NCBI GenBank assembly: GCA_001643675.2
Contig: LSRY02000005.1
Span: 806,001 to 870,000, forward strand
From: Monocercomonoides exilis PA203
Lineage: Eukaryota; Protista; Preaxostyla
Direction: 5' to 3'
DNA length: 64,000 bases
The stretch's first letter is position 1. Each line of letters opens with the position of its first letter. Under the pieces are notes generated by a model. The model saw nothing but the letters and a program-made list of their open reading frames with translations, was not told the origin of the DNA and did no database searches. This document shows positions 23,801 to 35,417 of this stretch, piece after piece. The position numbers were made by a program, and so were the translations under genes.

Positions 23801-25957
23801 CAAAATGCGAATATTGAAGATATTTTCCTTTCTTCGAAAAGCGCATTCATTTTGAGAGATGAAATCGAAAATGATCATTCCAATTTCGTTGAAGAAGAAA
23901 ACTGCAACATTTGCTTTTCTTCATGCACATTTCTTCGCATCCACCAAAATTTCTCTGATAATCCGTCTGCCATCCAGGCAGGAAAACGAAGAAACAACGG
24001 AATAATTATAGCAAACTCAACGTTCCAAGATTGTGGTTCGACTCTTTCACAAAAAGGCGGTTGCATACTGCTGGAACTCCACGAGAACTTTAAGATTGTT
24101 TGTGCCAATTCCACAATTGTCGAATGTTTTGCTTCATATGTGGGCAGAGGAGGCGGAATTTTTCTAATTGGAAAAACTAACGAAAATCAGCCTTTGCAAT
24201 TTGCATTTTCAAATATAACATTATCTGGAAACAGAGCATATCGTGGCTTTGATTTTTTTATTAAATGTCAAAACATTGAAACTCAAATTGTTGAGGAGCA
24301 GTTCCTGCTTGATTTTCGAAGTCTAAGCAGCAAAGAGCTCTCGATATGGGGCTGTACCAGAGAATCGAACGAAGATGAACAAGACTTACTTCCAAGAGTT
24401 ATTTTGTTCAGAAGCGAAACAATTTTTGTTTCCGGCGTTTCGAGTAATAACACAAATAACAGACAATGCGGTAGTCTGAGCGGCCCGTGCACTTCGTTGG
24501 ATACAGGCATTTCCCACGTAATCCCAACAAAATATTCTCAATTATTGATCGTAGAGGAAACAAATTTGCAGTCTGCAACTTCCATTAAAAGCGTTTTAAT
24601 TCGGTCTTTAGATCAGCCTGAAAAAGTAATTATTCATTTGGACGAAAAAATAGAATGCGAGAATAGTCCTTTAATTGCCTCATACGACATCGTCAAATTG
24701 GAATATCTTTCATTTATTTTCAACACCTCGTTTTGTTCTGATGCCAACGCTTTAATTGGGCAGATGAATGGAACATTGAAGATTTCGTTTTTGCTTTTTT
24801 CAGTTGAACCAAATGATTCAATCCCTGTGAAAAACGATTTAAACTTCAATATTATATCTGTTGATTGCGGTAGCTTATTATTGGAAAATTGCGAGTTTTC
24901 GTTTCTCCGTTTGGCCAGGCCGATGATTCTCATTACTCCAAATGCTGAAGCCAGAATTGAAGACAACATCGTTCATGATATTGCAATCCAAAAATCGTTG
25001 TTTGCTTTTTAAAATGCTCTTTGGGTGGTTGTGCACGATTTGAATATTTCTCGAATACAGTTTCAAGAAGGAACTTGTTGCGAATTTGAGTTTTCAAATG
25101 TTTCAAAGGCAATATCGTCTTGTTTGTTTTTTGAAAACATTACAACTTTTTCGGACGTGGCATCTTCTATTATGGTCAACGATATTGAAGCGCTGGAATT
25201 ATCAATGGAGAATTGCTCGTTTAGGAATTGCATTTCTCGTTCAGAAAAAGGATCCATTGCCTTGATCAGCCTTTGCAAAAATGTAACAATCAGTTTTTGT
25301 TCATTTGATGGATTCGATTCTGAGGCAAATTTGAATGTTCAGAATTCAAAATCAGATGCTGTTTGCAAATGGAATGGTTCTTTGGTTGATTTTTCAAGTA
25401 GTGATGTGTTTATGAAAGAAGCAAAAATAGAAAACTCACCAAAAGGCGGATTGTCATTGTCTGAAGGAAGTGTATCGATAGAAAAAGGGGAATTTGCAGG
25501 AAATAACACGAACATTGAGGGATATTCATCGGCACGCAGAAACATTTTGTGCTTCAATGCACAGAAGTTGGGATTGGTTGATACGAAGGAAGGAGGAACA
25601 GCAAATGATAACAAATTACAATGGATAATTTACGATGGCTGCAATCTCGCTGGCTCTGGATTTGAAAAGGGATGGGCTCTGTTTATGCCAATTCTTGAGG
25701 ATATCAAGATTGAAGATTTCGGAGAATGGATAAAACTGAGATTTTTCGGAAAGATGCTCCATCCATGCAATCTATCATTTCAGGTGATAAGCTCAAAAGG
25801 TGAAGAAAAGCTGATTGAAACGTATGAGCTTGGGGAAGAAGGGTATTTGACTGAGAAAGAAGCTGAAGGGATGGTAGAGTCAAGTTTAATCAAAGAAGCA
25901 GAAGATGAGGCAGAAGTGCTTGTCAGGCTAAAATATGGATTCAAAAAAAGCCCTCTA

Positions 25958-26969
25958 TAGGGTCAACTTTTTAATGGGACTTTTTCCCTTATTGGCACTT
26001 TTTTTGTTTTTGACTGCCAACTTTCAACAAACGTTGATTGGCTTTCAGTACTTCAAAAAACCTTTTTTACAAGTTTAACACAATTTAATTACAGTTTGTT
26101 TTTTAATTTTTGCTTATTACACATTGAGAAATTACGTTTTTTTGTTAAATTTGAAAGGACTTTTACCAGCCAACTAGGCGACGTCCAAGAAATTGGATAC
26201 ATGTTTTGAATAGCAAAAACTATTATTTAACTACTTTTAAATTCTTTTTTTTCACAAACACTTTTTTCTTGTTTTTTTCACATTTCATTTTTTTAACAAC
26301 ATTCTAACATAAAACCGATTATTTCTTTGTTAATATAATGAAATGATAAAAATAAAAATATGAAATGAAAAACAAATGCTCTAATAATAAAGTGTTGTTA
26401 AAATAAAACATTAATTTTTTCTATTTGTCAAGAATTTAACTTTTTTACAAAAATTTGATCATCGATGATTTTAAGAAAGCGCCATATGTCCGTTTCAGAT
26501 AAATAGAAAAAATTAATGTTTTATTTTAACAACACTTTATTATTAGAGCATTTGTTTTTCATTTCATATTTTTATTTTTATCATTTCATTATATTAACAA
26601 AGAAATAATCGGTTTTATGTTAGAATGTTGTTAAAAAAATGAAATGTGAAAAAAACAAGAAAAAAGTGTTTGTGAAAAAAAAGAATTTAAAAGTAGTTAA
26701 ATAATAGTTTTTGCTATTCAAAACATGTATCCAATTTCTTGGACGTCGCCTAGTTGGCTGGTAAAAGTCCTTTCAAATTTAACAAAAAAACGTAATTTCT
26801 CAATGTGTAATAAGCAAAAATTAAAAAACAAACTGTAATTAAATTGTGTTAAACTTGTAAAAAAGGTTTTTTGAAGTACTGAAAGCCAATCAACGTTTGT
26901 TGAAAGTTGGCAGTCAAAAACAAAAAAAGTGCCAATAAGGGAAAAAGTCCCATTAAAAAGTTGACCCTA
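25958..26969. mobile_element. Non-autonomous foldback/MITE element (1012 bp) with 469-bp inverted arms
   Basis: 25958-26426 is the reverse complement of 26501-26969, with no mismatch seen by eye, around a 74-bp spacer. Termini are TAGGGTCAAC...GTTGACCCTA, flanked by TA on both sides. It interrupts the receptor coding sequence. Confidence 0.93.
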
Positions 26970-27379
26970 TACAGATTGCGTTGTGATAAAGAATAGAACC
27001 GAGCTTCTGAAAAATGCAGATGGGAACATTGTGAAAGGAGAAGAGAAAGAGAAAACATTGTGGCCGATTATTGTTATTGTCCTTGTTGTTACATTGTTGA
27101 TCGTTCTGATTGTTTGGGTAATATTCATTGTTCGGTGGAGGAAAGTGAAGTATGAAGCAGAAGATCTGAGAGAGATTGTGAATGACAACATCAGAAAAGA
27201 TCCGAAGGCATTTGAGATGGTGACGATGGAGATGTCGCCTGAAGCGCAATGGAGGAGAGCAGAGAGAGAGGCAGAGAAGAAGAATGATGAGAGGATAAAG
27301 AAAAGAGTATATGAGAAAAGCTTGAGTAATTCAGATTCATCTGAGCATTTGCTGAGTGAGAGTGGATCGACTGAATATA

Positions 27380-28527
27380 TAGGGTGGTCCTTTATATTTT
27401 GTTAAAAAATTTTGATATGGTTTCATAATTTAATGAGAATAAAAATTCAATCATAAAAATATTCACCGTTATGAGTTGTAATAAACTCCAATCGCTTAAT
27501 CCAACTTTCAAAGGCACGAATAATCATGTCTGAAGATATTGTATGAAGAATATTTCTTATTTCTATTTCTAATTCTGAAGAATTAGAAATTTTTTTCCCT
27601 TTCAGAGCTTGCTTAATGTAGCCGAAGAGGAAAAAATCGCATGGCGCAACATCAGGAGAATAAGGAGGATGCGGAAGAATATTTAAATGATGCTCCTCAG
27701 CAAAGATCTTTGAAATTGCTGATGTGTGCGGACGAGCATTATCGAAATGAATAAAAAAATCCATAGGAGAAACGGAAGAAAGGTCTATTTGAATCTGGCT
27801 AATGGGCATTAATATTGAATTCACGAAATATTCTACATTCATTTTTGTTTTTTCTGGTAGAATATTAAGAAAAAACAGCCCATGGACTGAAATGAAAATT
27901 GTGTACATGAATTTCTTATCAGAATAAGTGTAATTTGCTGCAGTTGACACTTCAGATTTTTCTTTTCTCCATTCGCATTCGAAATTATACCTTCTGAAGA
28001 AAAAAGATTCATCACCTGTAATCAGCCCTTCAAAATTTCTTTTTCGTAAATCTCTCAATTTCTCCAGTAATTGTAAGCCAGTTTGAACGCGGATTTTTTT
28101 CTGATCATCATTCAGCGAGTACGGCACCCACCTAATTTTGTAAGAATGGAGATGTAATTTTTCATGAAGAATACGAAAAACAGTTGTTTTTGCAGCACTG
28201 AATTGTTCTGCCAACGCTCGGGAGCTAATATGAGGATTTTCTTCCACTGCTTGTTGTATCTTCTTTATCAACACTTCATTAGTTGGTTTTCCGCGATTAT
28301 AATGTCTCCTGTCAATTTCTTCTCGCCTTTGAATTCGAATGTTCCATGAACGAATAGTTCTAATATCCGGAAGTTTTAAACCATACGTAATTTGCAGTTT
28401 TTCATATATTTCTTCGGAATTCATTCCAATCAGAGTGCAAAACTCTGTTATATCAAAAAAATTTTGATAATTCATTTTTTATTTACCCATTTTTTATTCT
28501 TTGTGCAAAATATAAAGGACCACCCTA
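27380..28527 (-). mobile_element. Intact mariner DNA transposon (1148 bp)
   Basis: Perfect 22-bp TIRs TAGGGTGGTCCTTTATATTTTG with TA duplication (27378-79, 28528-29). Removing the element plus one TA restores GAA TAT ATC CTT GGA AGA GAT (EYILGRD), as in the paralog at ~54790. Confidence 0.97.
27447..28475 (-). CDS. Mariner transposase, DD34D
   Basis: 342-aa intact ORF with HTH region, WVPYSL linker, ITGDES, HFDNARPH and HPPYSPDVAPCDF. There are 34 residues between the second and third catalytic Asp. Confidence 0.97.
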   Translation of the reverse strand: MNYQNFFDITEFCTLIGMNSEEIYEKLQITYGLKLPDIRTIRSWNIRIQRREEIDRRHYNRGKPTNEVLIKKIQQAVEENPHISSRALAEQFSAAKTTVFRILHEKLHLHSYKIRWVPYSLNDDQKKIRVQTGLQLLEKLRDLRKRNFEGLITGDESFFFRRYNFECEWRKEKSEVSTAANYTYSDKKFMYTIFISVHGLFFLNILPEKTKMNVEYFVNSILMPISQIQIDLSSVSPMDFFIHFDNARPHTSAISKIFAEEHHLNILPHPPYSPDVAPCDFFLFGYIKQALKGKKISNSSELEIEIRNILHTISSDMIIRAFESWIKRLEFITTHNGEYFYD

Positions 28528-29249
28528 TATCCTTGGAAGAGATTCAGACAAAATTCCTGATTGGGCTTTGGAGAAGGAAGAAGAAGAAGAGAATCAAAAG
28601 AGATCACCATCACCATCCATCTCATCCACTTCAACAACAGATTCTGATTCCACTTTTATCCGACCGGAGAGTATGTGTCCGACCACCTCATCGATGTCGA
28701 ATCTTGTCGATGCCATGGCCTGTTCATCACCACACGAGAAATTTATTGTGGACTTGAGGGATTCGCTGTTCATGTTGTTGCATGGGAGGAACGAGAAAAA
28801 GGAGATGGCGATTGGCTCATTGAAAGAGAGGGAGCAGACAGCTGCTCAAATCTTGTTCTGTGTGGCCAATCTCGCTCTCCACTCATTTGATGAAATGGAC
28901 AACCCACTTCAGTCATTGTCCAGTCTGAGTCCTCACATTGTTCTCTTCTCTGAGCATATGGTCATCTGCATTGTCATGCACTCAGACTTCTTGTCAGATG
29001 ATGATTCGGACTCATCATCCATCTCTTCATCAACTGTTGTGACATCAGCAAGTGATGATGATAAGGGGGAGGAGGATGACTCTCTTCCTTCATCAGCCTT
29101 TGAGGATGAAGATAGTTTCAAAAAAGAGTGCCTGAGGTGGATGGCGCCTGAGCTGCTGATGAACAAGAAGATGGGAGCGACAAAGAAGTCAGTTGCCTTT
29201 TCGATTGGGATGATGCTGTGGGAGTGCTTGACCCTTCAAATACCATTTG

Positions 29250-30045
29250 GGGAGTATCCAGCAGAGGTGACAGGGCAGAAGATTGCAAATGGCGAGAGGC
29301 CAGATATGAATGTTATCACAGGAAGTTCTTTGAAGGAGATTGTGAAGAAGTGCATGCTGAATGACGAAGAAAGCAGACCAATGCTGACTCATCTGAAGTG
29401 TGAATTTTTCGAGAAATTTCCAGCAGGTGCTACGATGATCACGATGACTGATGCAATCAGGATTGAGGAAAGCTCAAGCGAGAATGATGGGCATGGTTCA
29501 ACAGAAGATGGAAGCGAACTCATTACAATTCCAAATGATGTTTCCTCGAAAATGAAAGACGAGGAGCAAAGACAGGATGCAAGTATCAAAATATAAGAGA
29601 ATGGGAGAGAAAACATGAAAGGATAAAAATGTTGCTTTTGTGGGATTGAAAGGCGCTGAATTAGACAAATGTTCAAACAAGCATTTGAAAATGAGGAAGA
29701 TTCTGGATACAAAAAGATTTCACAAAAAAAGAAGAAAATTATAAGAAGAGAAAGAACAGTGAAAGTTGATAAGGATGATTTATATTTTTGGAGAGAAAGT
29801 TGGACGAAGTCACCGTTTTTGATATTTAGAAGAAGAGGCATCGAATAATTGCATGATATGTTTTTCTTCGCTGATGTGGCTTCATGGCATGATGATATGA
29901 TATTCAAGCTAAAAATCAGTAACAATGAGAGAAAACGGAATCAAAGAATAATTTAATAAGTAACTTTTCATTTTCAAACTTTTTTTCTTCTTTGTAACTC
30001 CAAAACTATGTATTCATGTGATTTTCGTGTGTGTTATGTTTTCGA
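29250..30045. repeat. Near-identical inverted duplicate of 52308-54060 (kinase-tail end plus ~450 bp of 3' flank)
   Basis: The C-terminal peptides are nearly identical (RPDM.VITGSSLKEIVKKCMLNDEESRPML...KMKDEEQRQDAS.KI). The non-coding 3' sequence also matches on the opposite strand up to the poly(A) ending at 52307. Confidence 0.9.
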
Positions 30046-30898
30046 ATAGTTTTCTGTTTTTTGAAAATTGAGTAAATCAGATTCATTTCTGTTAAAAATT
30101 GAAATATTCTATTTTTCAGAACATTAGAAACTTTTTTTGATTGTGTACAACTTCAAAAAGGCTATTATTTCATTCAAAGAATAATTTTCACTTGATGTTA
30201 AGAGAGAAATGATGGTTATTGTTATAATATTGGAAAAGATAAACGTGAATCCCAGAATTTACAATTATTGTCAGAGTTTTATCTCGATAATCGTGGGGAA
30301 AATTGTAGTTTCTTTCTTGATTAAATTTGATTTAAATCGTGAAATACATTTTCAAAATTTTTAAAAAAGAAAAAATAGATGAAAATCATAAATAATCATT
30401 GAAAATACCATTTTAAATATTTTGGGGAAAATATTACACATCAGACATTAGCAATGAAAAAGAATGAACTTTTCATTAACTTCTGATGATTGTTTTTTTA
30501 AATTAAGAAAATGTGTCGTGAATAATTAATAAATTAATAATATAAATCAATAAATAAATAGATAAATAAATAATTAAATAAAAATTACCTGTGAGATTTA
30601 TAAAAAATTTATTTTTCGATATAAATAACGATTGTTTTTGAATATGATAATCAAAAAATATATAGAAATCTGACAAAGTTTTGTTTACAAATGAGTTAAA
30701 CAAAATTTTATTCTTAAAGGAGCAAAAATTGTTTGAAAAATTGTATAATCTTTTCTATTGAAAACAATTATCAATGGTTAAACTGTAACATTAATTAACA
30801 TTTGAATAAGTGTTATCTCCGAAACTTCAACAAGTTAAATAAATAACTTTTTTTTTTGCTTCTTTTTCAATCTTAAAGAAAATAATTTCGATTTTCAA

Positions 30899-32130
30899 CA
30901 GTGCATTAATTCTGACGTGACCACTAACCTTCATTCTGATTCAACAACTTTATTGTGAAATTACACGAAAAACAATAAAATAAATTAATAACAAAATCAG
31001 AATTTATTCTTCAAGTTGCTTTTCTTTTTCCTTTTGCTCAATTAAATGCATTATCTTTCTTTTCATCGTCAGAATCATCGTTTTAAACATGAAGATATCT
31101 TCTTTTTATTTTTTTCTTTTCATCCACAACAGTTTTCACTTCATCTTTCTCCTTTTCATCCATTTCATTTTTCCTTTCAATAATCATTTTCAAATGATTT
31201 TCCAATTTCTCTAAAAGATTTTCGTAGGTTATCACTTTTCCATAAAAGTTGAATCCATTTCTGCGAGTTGGAAGAGGGTAAATTGAAGATTCGGGCAGTT
31301 TCAAAAGAACTGGCCCAGAAGAATTGTGAAGAACACCACTTCAGACAAAAGCTTTCTGAATTACAGAAGGAGATAATGCAGTGTGGATGGCTTGAGGCAG
31401 AGCGTCGGATATTGCTGCTCCTTTGGAGGAAGATGAAGAGGAAGATGGAGCCTCAAATCTGTTTGTCAGTTCAGATTTGAACACAGCAAACACTCCTCTG
31501 TCCAGTGGTTGACAGATGTGTGTGCTGTGTGGAACGAAGGTTAAAACGTAGACTTGTTGTTTTTGGAATTCTCGCCAGATCGATGGATCTGCGCAAGATG
31601 CATGAGAATCAAGAAGGAAATGAATGCGTTCGTTTTTAAGTGACATGCGCTAAGCAGCAGAATGGTGAGAGCACACCTTTGAAAGCACTCGTTGTCCATC
31701 CAGCCGCTTCCATTTACCCATATCCCAAGCGTTGAAGATAGCAAATATCTCAGCTCCTCTGGTTAATCAAATATTGGCCATCGAATAACGGAACGAAAGC
31801 TGTGCTCATCCACCACCACTGATGCCACGAATGTTGAACTTTTTATTCTTAAAGGGTTTTTTGAAAGACCAACTCTCGAATCAGTGTTGCGAACAAATAG
31901 TCTTTTCTAATATATCGGAACTCCCGTAGATGATTCATCTCCATTTTCTATCATGTCTCAATTGAAAAGATAATTTTTATTTCGATCATCAGTATTTTAT
32001 ATCAGAGTTTTGAATATATCTACAAGAAACAAAAAGAGGTTTTAACTAAAGAATTTGGTTTTTTCATCTTCTTCTCAGTGTTTCACTTCAGGAGGCTATT
32101 AATATCAGAAATTGAAATATCTGCAAACTG
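30899..32130 (-). pseudogene. Decayed pogo/Fot-type (DDE_1, D35D) transposon relic
   Basis: Frameshifted fragments ENGDESST (~31940), GSGWMD and FLLDSHAS...PHSTHICQPLDRGVF. Possible degenerate CAGT...ACTG-TA ends; the boundaries are tentative. Confidence 0.75.
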
Positions 32131-32232
32131 TACATCTTTTTATTCATTATCTATCACTTCATTTTCCATTCAAAAAAAAAACAATAATTGAAATATGAGT
32201 TAATCTTTTTGAAAAGTCAGGAAATATATATA

Positions 32233-32439
32233 TGGCCGATCCTTTTTGAAATCAAACTTTCGTTCGAGTTTTGATCACACTTTTTATTTCGATGGGATTT
32301 TGAAAAAATGAATTAAAATTGGGAACACTTAATGTTTTTGATTCTGCTATTTTAATAACAAATTTTGACAATAATCCCATTGAGATTAAAACTTTGGTCA
32401 AAACTCGAACGAAAGAAATATTGCAAATAGGATCAGCCA
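32233..32439. mobile_element. MITE (~207 bp) with imperfect ~50-bp TIRs in a TA repeat
   Basis: Left end TGGCCGATCCTTTTTG..CTTTCGTTCGAGTTTTGATC matches the reverse complement of the right end, TGGCTGATCCTATTTG..CTTTCGTTCGAGTTTTGACC. (TA)n on both sides. Confidence 0.8.
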
Positions 32440-32445
32440 TATATA

Positions 32446-32701
32446 TGGGTGATTATTTTTGAAAGCATATTTCTTCAATCAAAATTTTCGGTTCGTAAAT
32501 TTCACTCGAATATCAAAAAAAGAACACTGAAAAATGAAAAGACAAATAATAGACATCAGCCTCTTTTAAGTGCTGAAAAAGTTGTTATTAAGCCAGTCAT
32601 GATGATTTTTGGATTTTAACACAAAATCTCTTCCCAAATACAAACAATATTTGAAAAATAAGCTCCCCGAAAAAAGTTATGATTTCAAAAATAATCACCC
32701 A
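32446..32701. mobile_element. MITE (256 bp), second family, copy 1
   Basis: 19-bp TIR TGGGTGATTATTTTTGAAA...TTTCAAAAATAATCACCCA flanked by TA repeats. Confidence 0.85.
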
Positions 32702-32988
32702 TATATATATATATATATTTGTTTTTATTTTTTATAAAAATTCCTTTTGTTTATTTTTCATATGAATTAATATATTCGAAATTTAATCAAAAATTTGTTC
32801 CAAATCATGAATTTTCACTTCAATGAAAGTTAAATTATAATTAAACTGTATTTAACATTTTTCTGAAACTTTGAAAGTGGGAAGAGAAATGTGATCAAAA
32901 TATGAAATTTTAGTTTCTCTGAAAGTAAACTCAAGGATTATTTCAAATTAAAAATACCAAATATATATGTCAATTAAACTCAAATATA

Positions 32989-33245
32989 TGGGTAATAATT
33001 TTTGAAATCATAACTTTTTTCGGGGTGTTTATTTTTCAAAGGTTGTTTGTCATTGGGAAGAGTTTTTGTATTCAAATTGAAAAATAATTACAACTGTATT
33101 AAAAATAAATGTTTGTGCTCAAATAAAGATGTTGATGTTATCAATAAACCCTTTCATTTTTTTGTACTCTTTTGTTGATAAAAAAGTGAAAATTTTGTAC
33201 CGAAAATTCTGAAAGAAAGAATATGTTTTCAAAAATAATCACACA
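32989..33245. mobile_element. MITE (257 bp), second family, diverged inverted copy 2
   Basis: Begins TGGGTAATAATTTTTGAAATCATAACTTTTTTCGGGG, matching the reverse complement of the copy 1 right end. Same length, TA flanks. Confidence 0.8.
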
Positions 33246-33437
33246 TATATATATTTATTTGAAGAATATTAATTAACTAATGGTGAAATTTTTTTCATTT
33301 AAGAAAGAATAATAATTATGTTATAAACTTTTTCCACTTTAATTTTATAATTAATCAATTATTACCTTGGAATAAAAAAAATAAAAAAAATTTTTTAGTA
33401 GAACAAAAGAAATAACAGAGTTGAGCAAAATTCAAAA

Positions 33438-33440
<3 letters not shown>

Positions 33441-33491
<51 letters not shown>
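33441..33491. repeat. Poly(A) homopolymer (~51 nt)
   Basis: Directly visible. Confidence 0.95.
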
Positions 33492-33493
<2 letters not shown>

Positions 33494-33753
33494 TTCATTG
33501 AACCATTTGTTTTGAACTAAAATAACTCCTATTTTAAATTTTTCTAGATAAAATTAAAATCATTTTTAAAATAAAACATCGAAATTAGTCATTTGCTTAC
33601 GAAAATATCAAAATAAATATCTTCAACTGTTTGGTTTATAGTATTCAAAATATATAAATACGAACAAGAAAATTATTCTTAAATTATTTGAATTTTTAGA
33701 TTCTTTTTCAAATGTGTGTGATAAAAATAATTAATATTTGACCTTCTTTTCTA

Positions 33754-35409
33754 GTCGGGGAGTTAACCCGCTCGGGGGAGTTAACCCGCTCAGATGATCA
33801 AAAGAAGTTAGAACATTTTTCTTTCCACAGTTTTTATTTTTCTCTTCAAAAACAAACAAAAATCGTTGGCTGTAACATTACAGCAGAGTATTATTGGAAA
33901 TAATTTAAAAAAGGATGAAAAATTATAAAAAGAGCATAAAAAAATTGAAAAACTCAATTATATTCCAATATCGGACAAATCATCAGAACTGAGCCAAATT
34001 TTCCCAGATATTGCTCCTTCCGGTGCCCTGTTTGATGATGTGGCAATTTCTGCCCATTCTGGAGGCTTCTCTGGCAGTTGAGCAAGAACAGCATCTGGAT
34101 TCAATGGATGAAGGCCTGTCACTCTCCAGCTGGCTTTTATTGTAGATGGAAATGAAGCCATTGCAATTGCTTCCTTTAAAACGGAAATAAATTCTTTTCT
34201 TCTTTCACTCGCCGTGTTTGTTTTCCCACATTCTGTTGACTTTTTGAAACATTTTTTCATGTTGGCAAAAATGTACTGATCGTTGGGTTGCAGCAAGTGA
34301 GAGGTGTGCGAGGGGAGTTGAATAAGATCAATTAAATTATCTTTGCATAATTTAACGATCTCTGTAGAAAAATGCCCTGTTCCTCCATCCATTACCAAAG
34401 CCGCGTGATTATGTTGAAGTCCAATGGCAATTCGCTTTCTGTTTATGCTCGGAAGGATAGCTTTTTGAAATACGTCCAGAAAGCATGCAGTAGTCATATG
34501 TCCTGTTGAGCATGGTATGAACACTTCATTTTCTGTTGTAGCTTCAACATATTCTTTTGGAATTGTCGAATATGGAATAAGAATTGGAGTTAAATATCTC
34601 ACTCCATCTGCGCTTGTGAGAAAAACTATACATGTTGAATTTGGCAATGAAGGCTCTGGAATGATTGGCTGAACTGAAGAAGAAGACGGAACCACGACAT
34701 CTTCTAAAGATTTTGAAAATACAGTTGATGTTTCATCCAAATTGAACAGCAATTGTGGTACAATTTTCACATCAGCAAAGAACTTAGTGACCTTGTCAAA
34801 AAAGGGACCAATGGTTTGCTTGGAATTATGTGCAGCACGGCCGATTGGTAACTTTGTTGCTTTTTTCAGAGCAAGTTTTGGATATCTTTCAATGAATCTC
34901 TTTGGCCAGTGTTTGTCTACAGATTTGACTTCTTCTTCTTCAGTTCTTTTTTCTCTTCTAATTTCATTTGCCTACAAATTACAAAAAATTAAAAAAACAA
35001 TAATTCGAATGCTCACAAACCATTTCTGCTATATCTCTCATTGAATGGAATATTCCTTTATCTGCATCGACTTCCAATCTGACAATTAACCTTTGTTCGT
35101 CTGTTTTCGAAAAAAGAAAAGGTCTCCCGGGTTTTCCAATAACGCGATTCTCCTTCTGAGCTTTTTCTGCTCTTTTTAGAGAATGTCTGGAAATAATATT
35201 TGCCTGTTCAATTTCCGCCTTTTTGTATCCGCAAACAAGATGCAAGTGAAGACCTTTCTCGTGAGGAGTTTCCAGTAGCCTTGCTTCGCTGGATGCTGCA
35301 ATTCTGTGGATCTCTTGCTCAATCTTTGACATTTTTTTCCAAACAAAGAATGGGTTGATTTTTGATCATCTGAGCGGGTTAACTCCCCAGAGCGGGTTAA
35401 CTCCCCGAC
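33754..35409 (-). mobile_element. Intact pogo/Fot-like DNA transposon (1656 bp) abutting a tRNA gene
   Basis: 50-bp TIRs with one mismatch: GTCGGGGAGTTAACCCGCTC[G/T]GGGGAGTTAACCCGCTCAGATGATCAAAA. TA on both sides (33752-53, 35410-11). Encloses a spliced transposase gene. Confidence 0.95.
33958..35332 (-). CDS. Two-exon pogo/Fot-like transposase (CENP-B-type HTH + DDE_1, DD35D), ~441 aa
   Basis: Exon 1 35332-35021, 49-nt intron GTTTGT...TTTGTAG at 35020-34972, exon 2 34971-33958 in frame. Motifs GKPGRP, WPKRFIERY, FNLDETS, VMDGGTGH and PSHTSHLLQPND, with 35 residues between the last two Asp. Confidence 0.92.
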
Positions 35410-35417
35410 TATCCATC

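Larger units (their letters stand above)
18320..29596 (+). pseudogene. Disabled type-I membrane receptor-like gene: beta-helix ectodomain, TM helix, degenerate kinase-like tail
   Basis: Signal peptide (MVSKVFVLLSFAFL), GGA(I/L)/GGG repeats, five CGxxxxPC modules, TM (WPIIVIVLVVTLLIVLIVWVIFIV) and kinase C-lobe motifs (RWMAPE, SIGMMLWECLTLQIPF, RP). ORFs 18320, 18998, 23717 and 25025 share one frame and are broken by TGA, TGA and TAA. Two transposon insertions lie at 25958 and 27380. Confidence 0.85.

Noticed and set aside
33441-33491. Poly(A) tracts (also 52244-52307) as SINE or retrocopy tails
   Set aside because: No target-site duplication or recognisable upstream body, and homopolymer lengths may be sequencing-inflated.
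33754-33803. Tandem 17-mers as a CRISPR-like array
   Set aside because: Only two units with no spacers, mirrored at 35360-35409. They are TIR sub-repeats.
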